A DNA stretch of 32,000 bases. Source: Acaryochloris marina MBIC11017. Its GTDB lineage: Bacteria > Cyanobacteriota > Cyanobacteriia > Thermosynechococcales > Thermosynechococcaceae. Below are positions 1 through 8,679 of this stretch, piece by piece. The stretch lies in the NCBI RefSeq assembly GCF_000018105.1, contig NC_009925.1, positions 5,700,001 through 5,732,000 on the forward strand, in the 5' to 3' direction. The notes beneath the pieces were generated by a model. It saw nothing but the letters and a program-made list of their open reading frames with translations, was not told the DNA's origin and made no database searches. Every line of letters starts with the position of its first letter. The stretch's first letter is position 1. Position numbers and translations under genes: made by a program.

Positions 1-807
1 GCCTGATAGTAATTTATGAAATGAGACAGTCTCAAATGCTTTGGGATGGTTGCGAAAATTGAGCAGCATTTGGACATCTGCATTCCCAGTATTGGTGCGA
101 ATATAGCCCCCAAAATTAGGTCGAATTCGAGGAATCTCCGCAGACTTAAATCTCATGGCTACGGGATCATTGATGCCATTATCTAGATGGATATTTTGGG
201 CAATTAGAAATTTCTCGGCTAGGAGTAATGCTAGGGAGTATCGGAAGACTTGTTTTTTCGTTTGAGTTCCCAGCATGACCCGACGTTGGCTACCGTCCAG
301 ATCGACAGGGGCATCAGCAAATCCAACTCGGTCTAGGGGTAAGCCGGGGGGAGGATTCACTCGTTCCGATTGGTTCTCATCCAGTTCTTTCTTATTCTCA
401 TCCAGAATTTTATCGATACCAAATAGATTTTCCATCTCCTGAAAGGCGGTGGCCAAGTCTGCTGAACCCGGTTCTACGGGGATATCTCGGAATAAATCCA
501 GACCAATTGCTCTAGGCTCATGCTCTTGAAGAATGTTGAGCGACTGGGCGAGGTATTGATCGGGAATGGGATAGCGGCCAATCGAGCGAATACTATCCTC
601 ATCAATCGTGACCAACAGAATGCGTTTGTCTTGGGTTTCTGTCGGTTGATATTTCAGAAAGAGATCTAAGACTTGCAATTCCCAGGATTGGAAGGTTCCT
701 GCCCATCGTCCACCGAGGATTAGGCCCAGTATAAGTAAGCTGGGGAGCGCCACAAGCTTCAGTGGGGCTAATGGTTGACGAAGTTTATGCCAAATCTCAG
801 ACTTCAA
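1..807 (-). CDS. CHASE2-domain sensor protein, N-terminal part (gene continues beyond the left edge)
   Basis: This ORF is absent from the ORF track because it has no stop in the window. I translated the minus strand from TTG 807..805, which has AAGGGGA 6 nt upstream and an in-frame TAA two codons upstream. The product is MKSEIWHKLRQPLAPLKLVALPSLLILGLILGGRWAGTFQSWELQVLDLFLKYQPTETQDKRILLVTIDEDSIRSIGRYPIPDQYLAQSLNILQEHEPRAIGLDLFRDIP... and stays open to base 1. It shows one N-terminal TM helix followed by the pattern I recognise from CHASE2 extracytoplasmic sensor modules. The output domain is off-window. Confidence 0.75.
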   Translation of the reverse strand, partial: MKSEIWHKLRQPLAPLKLVALPSLLILGLILGGRWAGTFQSWELQVLDLFLKYQPTETQDKRILLVTIDEDSIRSIGRYPIPDQYLAQSLNILQEHEPRAIGLDLFRDIPVEPGSADLATAFQEMENLFGIDKILDENKKELDENQSERVNPPPGLPLDRVGFADAPVDLDGSQRRVMLGTQTKKQVFRYSLALLLAEKFLIAQNIHLDNGINDPVAMRFKSAEIPRIRPNFGGYIRTNTGNADVQMLLNFRNHPKAFETVSFHKLLSG

Positions 808-895
808 TCCTTATCCCCTTAATTCGTGATATGTGATATGAACCCATTCCCCCTGCAATCCTCGAATTCTGGTCTAGATTTCGTTTTGAAGATCA

Positions 896-964
896 ACCTG
901 AACGCTCTGATTATCAATACCTGAACTTTGGCTGAAGTTTCCTGATGATAACGGGATTTTTTCT
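896..964 (+). promoter_or_regulatory. Copy A of the phased CTGAA / CGGGATTTTTTCT cis-module, upstream of the small-ORF/DUF928/CHAT operon
   Basis: The sequence is ACCTGAA(896) ..ACCTGAA(919) ..CTGAA(932) ..CTGAT(942) ..CGGGATTTTTTCT(952-964). The last three elements are spaced exactly 10 nt apart. The CGGGATTTTTTCT 13-mer is identical to the one at 11513-11525. The module lies 55 nt upstream of ATG 1019. Confidence 0.6.
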
Positions 965-1018
965 GCCAACAAGCTCAATTAAGGTAATTTCAATAACCGA
1001 ATTACGGGGAGATCTGAT

Positions 1019-1201
1019 ATGCCTTCTGACTTTAGGTATGGAGAACCGATACACATTACACTGCCATCATTGTCATCAATGATGGCAGTGATAAAGGAGC
1101 AATTTCAGGAATGGGTCCGTCGAGAAATTATTGATTTTGACCCCTATGACGACGAAGGGGGATTAAGCAATTTTCCAGAAGAATTGAGAATAGATAAATA
1201 A
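1019..1201 (+). CDS. Small hypothetical protein (60 aa), first gene of the CHAT operon
   Basis: This is an ORF-track ORF. GGGGAG (1006-1011) lies 7 nt before the ATG. The gene sits just downstream of cis-module copy A and 13 nt upstream of the next ORF. I recognise no family. Confidence 0.5.
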   Translation: MPSDFRYGEPIHITLPSLSSMMAVIKEQFQEWVRREIIDFDPYDDEGGLSNFPEELRIDK

Positions 1202-1214
1202 AGGAGGTATTACT

Positions 1215-1409
1215 ATGTTTTTAGAGAAAACCCGCCACTACTTCCGTTCCGCTACCCAACGATTACGAGTGTCATTAGAACCTTGGCAGGAGGCCGCTTT
1301 GGGATGGATCGATCAGAACTTACAGATCATTGCTGATCGAGATGATTGTTCTACTCAGGGGCAAACAGAACAGATTGCGATCGCATTTTGTACCGTCAGT
1401 GCTAAGTGA
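1215..1409 (+). CDS. Small hypothetical protein (64 aa)
   Basis: This is an ORF-track ORF. A strong AAGGAGG (1201-1207) lies 7 nt before the ATG. The stop overlaps the GTG 1406 of the next ORF (GTGA), which suggests translational coupling. I recognise no family. Confidence 0.55.
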   Translation: MFLEKTRHYFRSATQRLRVSLEPWQEAALGWIDQNLQIIADRDDCSTQGQTEQIAIAFCTVSAK

Positions 1410-2326
1410 GGTATGCACCTATGGTTATGGCTCATCTCAATCCAATTCATCTGCTGAAAAGGCGCCGGGGAGAAAGACAGAACGGCTTCAGCTATCGTTT
1501 CGGGCTAGGTCTATTGCTCGTGTCCCTGTCGATATTGCCTTCCCCCGCTTGGGCAAGACGATATCAGCCGCCCAAGGGTGATCCGCCGAAAGGTAAGTTT
1601 GGGTCCAATGGTTCTCGGGGTTGTAGTTCTGCCCCATCCAAGTCATCGGCTTTGAGTCGTCCAACGGTGCCAGAGCAAAATCATGCCCAGACGGCAGCGG
1701 CTCAGCCCAGCAGCATTCCCGTTACCCTGTTAGCTCCCAGTACTCATGTGGGGAGAACCAGTGTGGTGGCACCTACGCTGGCTTGGTTTGTAACGGCAAC
1801 GGATCCCTATCGCGTCAGAATTTCTCTATTTATTCTGGATGCGGATCAAAGTTCTGAACTGATCCATGAGTTGGAATATATCGAAACGTCTTCTGGACTG
1901 GTTCAATACACTGTGCCAGCGGACCAGACCACCCTTGAGGATGGCCAACGGTTTTTTGTGGAGTTGAGTATTGCCTGTAAACCGGATGACGATCGATTTA
2001 GTCCCCCCTTTGTGGCTGAAGTAGATGTTGATTTGCCGGATACTGCTTTAAAAAAGGCATTATCGAAAGCTGAGACGCCTAGTCAGAAAGCAGCGTTGTT
2101 TGCAAAAGCCGGTTATTGGTTTGATGCGGTTAGAGAGCTGTTATTGGAAGCCAATGAGTCCCAGTCATACCAAAAACTTCGGACCTTTCTGAAGGAACAA
2201 GCTCAGGCTGGTGAAGGGGAAAAGCATAGCCAGACATTGGTTAATATTGCTGATCAGCTAGAGGATACAAATCTAAAGTCTGTTGTGCGGCCTTTGGATA
2301 TGAACCCATCCCCCGCTACCCCTTGA
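1406..2326 (+). CDS. Secreted DUF928-like protein (family call tentative)
   Basis: This is an ORF-track ORF. The more likely start is ATG 1421, with GTGAGG 9 nt upstream. That start gives MVMAHLNPIHLLKRRRGERQNGFSYRFGLGLLLVSLSILPSPAWA, which looks like a signal peptide. It is followed by YQPPKGDPPKGKFGSNGSRG, which resembles the PP..G.P....GGGSRG N-terminal signature I associate with DUF928. The gene context (CHASE2 plus CHAT) matches the usual cyanobacterial DUF928 neighbourhood. Confidence 0.7.
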   Translation: MRYAPMVMAHLNPIHLLKRRRGERQNGFSYRFGLGLLLVSLSILPSPAWARRYQPPKGDPPKGKFGSNGSRGCSSAPSKSSALSRPTVPEQNHAQTAAAQPSSIPVTLLAPSTHVGRTSVVAPTLAWFVTATDPYRVRISLFILDADQSSELIHELEYIETSSGLVQYTVPADQTTLEDGQRFFVELSIACKPDDDRFSPPFVAEVDVDLPDTALKKALSKAETPSQKAALFAKAGYWFDAVRELLLEANESQSYQKLRTFLKEQAQAGEGEKHSQTLVNIADQLEDTNLKSVVRPLDMNPSPATP

Positions 2327-2378
2327 ATTGAAAGTTGTGTGTTCCCGTCTTTAGTACACTTTCATTAGCCATAAGATT

Positions 2379-5300
2379 ATGAAAAGGATTGGGTGCGATC
2401 GCATCCTGATACAACATTGGGTAAGGCCAGCCATTGCTCCCCTGATGGGAGTGATTTTGAGTCCACTGATGTTCTCGAAAATGGTGTTGGCTCAACTAAT
2501 TGTCCCCGACAATACCTTGGGACCAGAACAGTCTGTTGTTGCCCCGGGCGCGACGGCTGACGAATTTTTTATCGATGGTGGGGCTCAGCGAAATACTGCC
2601 CTGTTCCATAGCTTTGAACGCTTTGGCATCAATCCCAATCAAACTGTTTTTTTCAGTAACCCGGCTATTGTCGAAAATATCTTTACCCGGGTGACCGGGG
2701 GGACGGCTTCCAACATTAATGGGTTGCTGGGTGTGGACGGTCCAGCTAATCTGTTTTTCGTCAATCCCAGTGGGATTTTGTTTGGCCCCAATGCTCAGTT
2801 GGATGTGGCAGGTGCATTTGTAGCCACTACGGCGGATCGATTTTTGCTGCCCAATGGTAATTCCTTTAATGCGGTGAATCCAAATGCGCCCCCGCTGCTG
2901 ACGGTTTCGGTACCCTTGGGGGTGCAGTTTGGCGCTACTCCTCAACCTATCTCAGTCAATGGTTCCACTCTAGAAACGGCCGTAGGAGAACCCTTCGCCT
3001 TGTTGGGGGGGCAGGTCAATCTCAATGGAGCTGAAATTTTGGCACCTGGAGGCCGGGTGGGTCTCAGTGGCCTGTCCCAACCTGACACTCTCCTTTTTGA
3101 TTTAGAAGCAGCAACACCTGATACTTTTCTGACTGTTCCGGTGGGGGGACGGTCTAATCTGACCCTCACTAATTCAACCATCGATACGGTAGAAGAGGGT
3201 GGGGGAGATATTGTCTTTGAGGCTGGGAATACCTCTCTCAATCAAACGAATCTATTCGTGGGGCTGAATGCGGATGTTGCTGATGTTAATGCCCAAGGTG
3301 GATCCGTTCTTCTGAATGGAACTGGGGATATTCAACTCATTGACAGTACTGTTCGAAGCTTGGTAGAAGATCTGGGGCAAGGTGAAACCGTCAGGATTAG
3401 CGGCCAGAATCTGACTCTGCAGGACAATTCTCAGATTTTGACGAGTACGTTAGGAGATAGCTCTAGTGGCGATATCCGCATTGATCTAACCAACCGTCTT
3501 CGCCTAGAGAGAGGGTCAGAAATTGTAAGCCAATCCTCAGCGGATGGGTTTATGAGTGATGCAGGATCTATCTTAATCAACGCACCTGATATTCGTCTTA
3601 GTTTCAGCTCTGGCATTAGCTCTGAGAGTGCTGGATCGGGAGGAGATATTCGTATTACGACGAATTCTCTTTGGGTTCGAGAGGAAAGTGGTATTAGCAC
3701 GAGAAAACTGGGACCGAATACCTCGGAGGGAGATATTCGCATTCAGGCCAATAGTATTTTGGTGGATGATCGAGGCGGACCCACGCTAGATCGATCGCCG
3801 ATTGGGATTACAACTAGTGTGACCTTCTTCCCTGAAGATTTAGGACTACCCCCTGAAACCCTGGGTGGAACAGGAGGAAACATCGAGATAGATACCCAGA
3901 ATCTGACCCTAATTGGTGGACTGATTGCTCCCGTTGTCTTTGGGAATGCCCAAGGGGGAGATCTGACGATTCGAGCTGGAGATACAGTCCAGTTAATTGG
4001 GGATCCAGCCGCAGCTCGAACGGACTTTGCTGGGGTGGCCGAGTTGTCCACTGCCATTCGGGATTCGACAACGGAGGGGTTTAGTGGCGATATACGCATC
4101 AATGCTCGCCATTTAATTCTGAGAGATGGTTCCATTATTGATGCTGGGGCTGAAGGGTTAGGCAATAGCGGCGATATCTTTATCAACACAACAGAGTCCG
4201 TGACCCTGCAAGGCACCTTGAATGGACAGCCCAGCCGGATTCTGACCCAATTGCAAAACCCTGGTCTGTTTGAAGGCGGCAATATCGATCTGGTAACTGG
4301 ACGGCTAACCATACAAGATGGTGGACAGATTTCAACCTCAACTACGACTAACTCGATTGGGAATGGGGGAGATATCTCAGTCGTTGCCAATCAAAGTGTT
4401 CTAATCACTGGTTCATCGCCTCGGGTGACATTACCTGCTGCTGATGCAGATTCCCCTTTTGTTCTGGATTCAACGAATACCCTATTCCCGAGCGGGATCT
4501 TTGCTACTGCACCCGGTGATGGGAATGCCGGTGGGATAGAAGTTGTTTCTCCCAATATCACCTTGAGAAATGGTGCTCAATTGTCAGTGAGCAGTAGGAA
4601 TGATGGCTCGGCAGGAAATTTATTTGTGCGTTCCAACAGGTTTGTATTGGATGATGCAGCCCTGTTAGCTGAGGCTGTGGAAGGGAATCAGGCGGATATT
4701 GGGTTGATCGTCAGGGATTCCTTGCAAATCCTGAATGGGAGTCGAATCTCAACGCTGGCTGGAGGGAATGCTGATGGCGGCAATATTGAATTAACAACGG
4801 GGCAGCTGACGATACGAGATGGAGGGCAGATCACGGCATCGACCACTGCTGATTCCGTTGGGAATGGCGGGATTGTAAGGGTGAATGCCAATCAAGGTAT
4901 TTCCATCACTGGCTCTATGCCATCTCCCACTGGGATTTTTACCAGCTCTTTAGGGGAAGGGGATGCCGGTGATGTGGAGATTGTGACCCCCACTTTAATG
5001 GTCAGTAATGGTGCTCAAGTTTCCGTGAGTAGTTCGGCGGGTGCTGCGGGATTTTTATCCATTGACGCCAACAAGGTTACCTTGGATAATTCCGCACTTC
5101 TGGCTGAGGCGGCTGACGGAAACCTGGCTGATATACGGCTATCCATTCGTGACTCACTGCAACTGCTCAAGGGGAGTCGGATTTCGACGGTGGCTGGGGG
5201 GAATGCGGATGGCGGCAATATTGAATTAACGACTGGGCAGCTGACGTTACGAGATGGGAGCCAGATTTTGGCATCGACGACTGCTGATTCAGTGGGAAAT

Positions 5301-8300
5301 GGTGGCGTTGTTCAAGTTAATGCTAATCAAGGTATTTTGATTACTGGTTCATCGCCAGTTCCCAGTGGAATTTTTGCTAGCTCTCTGGGAGAGGGAGATG
5401 CCGGCGATGTGGAGATTGTTACCCCCGCTTTAATGGTCAGTAATGGTGCTCAAATTTCGGTGAGCAGTGCGATGGGGGCTGCGGGCCTTTTATTTATTGA
5501 TGCCAACACCGTTGTTTTGGATAATGCTGGACTCCTGGCTGAGGCAGTGGAAGGGAATCTTGCCAATATCGAGCTGTCGGTTCGAGATTCATTGCAGCTT
5601 CTGAACGGAAGTCGGATCTCAACCGTTGCTAGTGGTGATGCGGATGGAGGCAATATCTTTATTGGCGGGACTGATACACAGCTACTGCGATTTTTAACCC
5701 TCCAAGGCGGTTCAATTATTTCTGCAGAAAATTCTGGTGGATTTGGTGATGGCGGAAGTATTGATATTAGTGCTCAGTTTATTATTGCTTTTCCCAGTGA
5801 ACTGAATCGCATTATTGCCAATGCCTTTGAGGGGGACGGAGGCGATATTGATATTTTTACGAATGCAATTTTTGGCCCACAGTTTCTCAACATCTCTGCA
5901 TCGTCGCAGTTAGGGTTGAATGGCGAGATTAATATTGAGACCATTGCTACGGATCCGGCGAGTGCCCTCAGTCAACTCCCCGAAAATGTGTTGGATTCAA
6001 GTACGCGAATTGCAGATGCTTGCGCTGTTCCGCGTACGGGGCAATCGCAATTTGTGGTGACGGGCCGAGGTGGGTTACCTCTGATGCCCTCCAGCCGACC
6101 CGCCGGGAGTTATCTGTTAGTGGATTTAGGTACTCAAGCACTTCCGGAGGTTACACCTGCTTTGCAAGAAGCGAAGCAGCTAGTGGTTACAGCCAGGGGA
6201 GACTATTACCTGCAGGGAGAATCGTCTCGTACCCTCCCCAAGCTGCTAGAAGAGGGTCGTCAAGCCTATCAACAGGCTAACTATGCCGATGCAGTTGTCC
6301 ACTGGACGCAAGCTGCAACTCAATTATCCAAACACCCTGATGCATATGCTTCAGTTCAGAGTCATTTAGCTTTGGCCTACCATTATCTAGGAGATTGGGA
6401 GCAGGCGAGAAGCGCGATAGAGTCTAGCCAAAGGGCATTGACCCCTGACCTCATAGCTGAGCAACCTGCTCTTCAGGCTCAGGTGCTAAGTGCAAGGGCG
6501 AGTTTATTCCTTGCTCGGGGTGATACTCGTAGCGCTCTGGAGGATTGGCAAGCGGCGGCGAATGCCTATCAACGGGCGGGGGATGATTCGGGTAACCTGC
6601 AGGTACAGTTGAATCAGATTCAGGTTCTCCAAGATCTGGGCTATTTGCGCCAAGCTCAACAGCAGCTCGTGCAACTGATGCAGATTCTAGAGCAACAGCC
6701 GCCGTCACCCGTAAAGGCGATGACTCAGTTGAATCTGGGGAAAGTGTCGCGGGCTGAAGGGAACATGTTGCGATCGCAACGCCAAATCGAAGCTGCTCTA
6801 AATACCGCTCAATCCCTCAACCAGCCAGCCCTAACCAGTACTATCCTTCTGAATTTAGGCCATACTTTTCGGGGACAGGGAAATACCCAGAAGGCTTTGG
6901 ATTACTATCAACAGGCCCTTGGAATTGCACCGACCCCTCTGATTCAATTTCAGGTGCAAGTGAGTCGGTTTGATCTGTTAGTTGCTCAAAAAAATCCTGC
7001 AACATCAGAGCTTTTGCAAGAGCTACAGGAGCAAACAGGATCGCTTCCCAGCAGTAGAGAGGGGATTTATGCACAACTCCACTTGATCGAAACGGTTCTG
7101 ACTGCGGCAAAGAAGGATGAGTCCTCGACTCTATTGGACTTACTGAACCGAGCACAAAGTCAAGCCCAAGGGTTAGATGATCCCAATGCTCAGTCTTACA
7201 TTCTGGGGTATCAGGGACGGATTTATGGTGAGGCTCAACAATGGTCCCAGGCGGTGTCTTTGACGGAGCAAGCCTTACAACATGTCCATCGGCAGCAATC
7301 TCCAGAAGTGCTGTATCAACTGGCTTGGCAATTGGGCCGCTATCGTCGCCAACTCGGCAATCGCCAAGGGGCAATTTCGGCCTATCTCGATGCTGTGGCA
7401 GCCCTGGACTCTTTACGAGGAGATCTCAAAACAGCGAGTGATGATGTTCGCTTTACCTTCAGAGATGGAGTAGAACCCGTCTATCGAGAGTTGGTGGGGC
7501 TGCTGCTAGAGGGGGATATGACCCAGGCAGATTCTTCGAGTAATCTAAGGCGTGCCCGCAAGCTCATCGAAAATTTGCAGCTCAATGAAATTCGAGACTA
7601 CTTTCAGGATGCTTGTGTGCAAGCCGAACCGCGAGAAGTGGATCAAGTGGATCCAAACGCAGCGGTCATTTATCCCATTGTTTTAGAGGATCGAGTCGAT
7701 GTAATTATCAGTATCGGTGATCAACCCCTGCGCCACTACAGTACGCCGATTGAGCCTGGACAAGTGGATGATACGGTGAAACAACTGTTGCGATCCCTAA
7801 CCACGCCCTTGGGGTCCGTTCAGAAGAAAAACCTCACTAAACTTAAGCAAATTTACGACTGGGTGGTAGAGCCAGCAGCTGCAGATCTAGCCCAACAGGA
7901 TGTGGAAACGTTGGTGTTTGTCGCCGATGGAGCCTTGCGCACCTTACCCTTGACCATGCTCTACGATGGCGAGCAATATTTGATTGAACAATATAATGTG
8001 GCGCTCTCCCCCGGTTTAGATCTATTAGCGCCTCGTCCCCAGGCGAGAGAAAAGGTAAAGCTGCTTGTGGGAGGCGTAAGTGAGGCTCGGTCTGGTTTCC
8101 CGGCTTTGCCCTATGTAGCCAAAGAAGTAGAGCAGATTACGTCACAGATTCAAGAACATGCTGTTCTGTTTAACCAAGATTTGACCCAACAGAATTTGAA
8201 GGATTACCTGACAGAAGTATCTTCTGAAGTGGTGCATTTGGCGACCCATGCTGAGTTTGGTGCTAGCCCTGAAGATACGTTTATTCTCACTTGGGAAGGG

Positions 8301-8657
8301 AGACTCTCGATTCAGGCGATGGCCTCTTTACTCCGAACTCGTATTCGCACGTCTGAGGTTCCCATTGATTTGCTCGTCTTGAGTGCTTGTGAAACGGCTA
8401 CGGGAAATAGTCGGGCGGTGCTTGGTATTGCCGGGATGGCGATTCGATCCGGCGTTCGTAGTACTTTGGCTGGCTTATGGGCGTTGGATGATCAGGCGGC
8501 TGCGGCGTTTATGGGGCATTTTTATAAAGCGTTGGCTCAACCCCATACCACGAAGGCCGCAGCGTTTCGTCAGGCCCAGTTGGCTTTGATGAAGGACCCA
8601 CAATTTAAAGCCCCCTATTTTTGGAGTCCATTTGTGCTGGTAGGTAACTGGCTGTGA
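2379..8657 (+). CDS. Giant two-partner-secretion-type exoprotein: TPS (haemagglutination activity) domain, beta-helical repeats, TPR repeats and C-terminal CHAT protease domain (2092 aa)
   Basis: The N-terminus has a signal-like segment followed by a TPS-domain signature: IDGGAQRNTALFHSFERFGINPNQTVFFSNPAIVENIFTRVTGGTASNINGLLGVDGPANLFFVNPSGILFGPNAQLDVAGAFVATTA. About 1100 aa of G/S/N/D-rich beta-helix-type repeats follow. The FVVTGRGGLPLMPS motif lies at about 6050-6090. TPR-like helical repeats span about 6250-7400. The C-terminal CHAT domain carries the caspase-like dyad His in VVHLATHAEF (codon 8247-8249) and Cys in LLVLSACETA (codon 8388-8390). Confidence 0.9.
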   Translation: MKRIGCDRILIQHWVRPAIAPLMGVILSPLMFSKMVLAQLIVPDNTLGPEQSVVAPGATADEFFIDGGAQRNTALFHSFERFGINPNQTVFFSNPAIVENIFTRVTGGTASNINGLLGVDGPANLFFVNPSGILFGPNAQLDVAGAFVATTADRFLLPNGNSFNAVNPNAPPLLTVSVPLGVQFGATPQPISVNGSTLETAVGEPFALLGGQVNLNGAEILAPGGRVGLSGLSQPDTLLFDLEAATPDTFLTVPVGGRSNLTLTNSTIDTVEEGGGDIVFEAGNTSLNQTNLFVGLNADVADVNAQGGSVLLNGTGDIQLIDSTVRSLVEDLGQGETVRISGQNLTLQDNSQILTSTLGDSSSGDIRIDLTNRLRLERGSEIVSQSSADGFMSDAGSILINAPDIRLSFSSGISSESAGSGGDIRITTNSLWVREESGISTRKLGPNTSEGDIRIQANSILVDDRGGPTLDRSPIGITTSVTFFPEDLGLPPETLGGTGGNIEIDTQNLTLIGGLIAPVVFGNAQGGDLTIRAGDTVQLIGDPAAARTDFAGVAELSTAIRDSTTEGFSGDIRINARHLILRDGSIIDAGAEGLGNSGDIFINTTESVTLQGTLNGQPSRILTQLQNPGLFEGGNIDLVTGRLTIQDGGQISTSTTTNSIGNGGDISVVANQSVLITGSSPRVTLPAADADSPFVLDSTNTLFPSGIFATAPGDGNAGGIEVVSPNITLRNGAQLSVSSRNDGSAGNLFVRSNRFVLDDAALLAEAVEGNQADIGLIVRDSLQILNGSRISTLAGGNADGGNIELTTGQLTIRDGGQITASTTADSVGNGGIVRVNANQGISITGSMPSPTGIFTSSLGEGDAGDVEIVTPTLMVSNGAQVSVSSSAGAAGFLSIDANKVTLDNSALLAEAADGNLADIRLSIRDSLQLLKGSRISTVAGGNADGGNIELTTGQLTLRDGSQILASTTADSVGNGGVVQVNANQGILITGSSPVPSGIFASSLGEGDAGDVEIVTPALMVSNGAQISVSSAMGAAGLLFIDANTVVLDNAGLLAEAVEGNLANIELSVRDSLQLLNGSRISTVASGDADGGNIFIGGTDTQLLRFLTLQGGSIISAENSGGFGDGGSIDISAQFIIAFPSELNRIIANAFEGDGGDIDIFTNAIFGPQFLNISASSQLGLNGEINIETIATDPASALSQLPENVLDSSTRIADACAVPRTGQSQFVVTGRGGLPLMPSSRPAGSYLLVDLGTQALPEVTPALQEAKQLVVTARGDYYLQGESSRTLPKLLEEGRQAYQQANYADAVVHWTQAATQLSKHPDAYASVQSHLALAYHYLGDWEQARSAIESSQRALTPDLIAEQPALQAQVLSARASLFLARGDTRSALEDWQAAANAYQRAGDDSGNLQVQLNQIQVLQDLGYLRQAQQQLVQLMQILEQQPPSPVKAMTQLNLGKVSRAEGNMLRSQRQIEAALNTAQSLNQPALTSTILLNLGHTFRGQGNTQKALDYYQQALGIAPTPLIQFQVQVSRFDLLVAQKNPATSELLQELQEQTGSLPSSREGIYAQLHLIETVLTAAKKDESSTLLDLLNRAQSQAQGLDDPNAQSYILGYQGRIYGEAQQWSQAVSLTEQALQHVHRQQSPEVLYQLAWQLGRYRRQLGNRQGAISAYLDAVAALDSLRGDLKTASDDVRFTFRDGVEPVYRELVGLLLEGDMTQADSSSNLRRARKLIENLQLNEIRDYFQDACVQAEPREVDQVDPNAAVIYPIVLEDRVDVIISIGDQPLRHYSTPIEPGQVDDTVKQLLRSLTTPLGSVQKKNLTKLKQIYDWVVEPAAADLAQQDVETLVFVADGALRTLPLTMLYDGEQYLIEQYNVALSPGLDLLAPRPQAREKVKLLVGGVSEARSGFPALPYVAKEVEQITSQIQEHAVLFNQDLTQQNLKDYLTEVSSEVVHLATHAEFGASPEDTFILTWEGRLSIQAMASLLRTRIRTSEVPIDLLVLSACETATGNSRAVLGIAGMAIRSGVRSTLAGLWALDDQAAAAFMGHFYKALAQPHTTKAAAFRQAQLALMKDPQFKAPYFWSPFVLVGNWL
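4662..5660 (+). repeat. In-frame tandem repeat of 435 nt (145 aa) inside the TPS-CHAT gene, about 2.3 high-identity copies
   Basis: The LLAEA(V/A)(E/D)GN.A(D/N)I motif recurs at 4662, 5097 and 5532, a period of exactly 435 nt. Long stretches are near-identical, for example GGNADGGNIELTTGQLT(I/L)RDG and GEGDAGDVEIVTP(T/A)LMVSNGAQ(V/I)SVSS. A more diverged copy precedes these at about 4230-4660. Confidence 0.9.
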
Positions 8658-8679
8658 TTTGGTCTGCTGATGGGCAATA

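Noticed and set aside
2496-7374. Long antisense or alternate-frame ORFs within the TPS-CHAT gene (for example 2496-2945, 2942-3241, 3743-4390 and 6841-7374 on the minus strand).
   Set aside because: They are embedded in a 2092-aa ORF with clear domain signatures. Their products are low-complexity P/R/S-rich sequences typical of reverse frames of G/S/N/D-rich repeats. They have no RBS or family resemblance.
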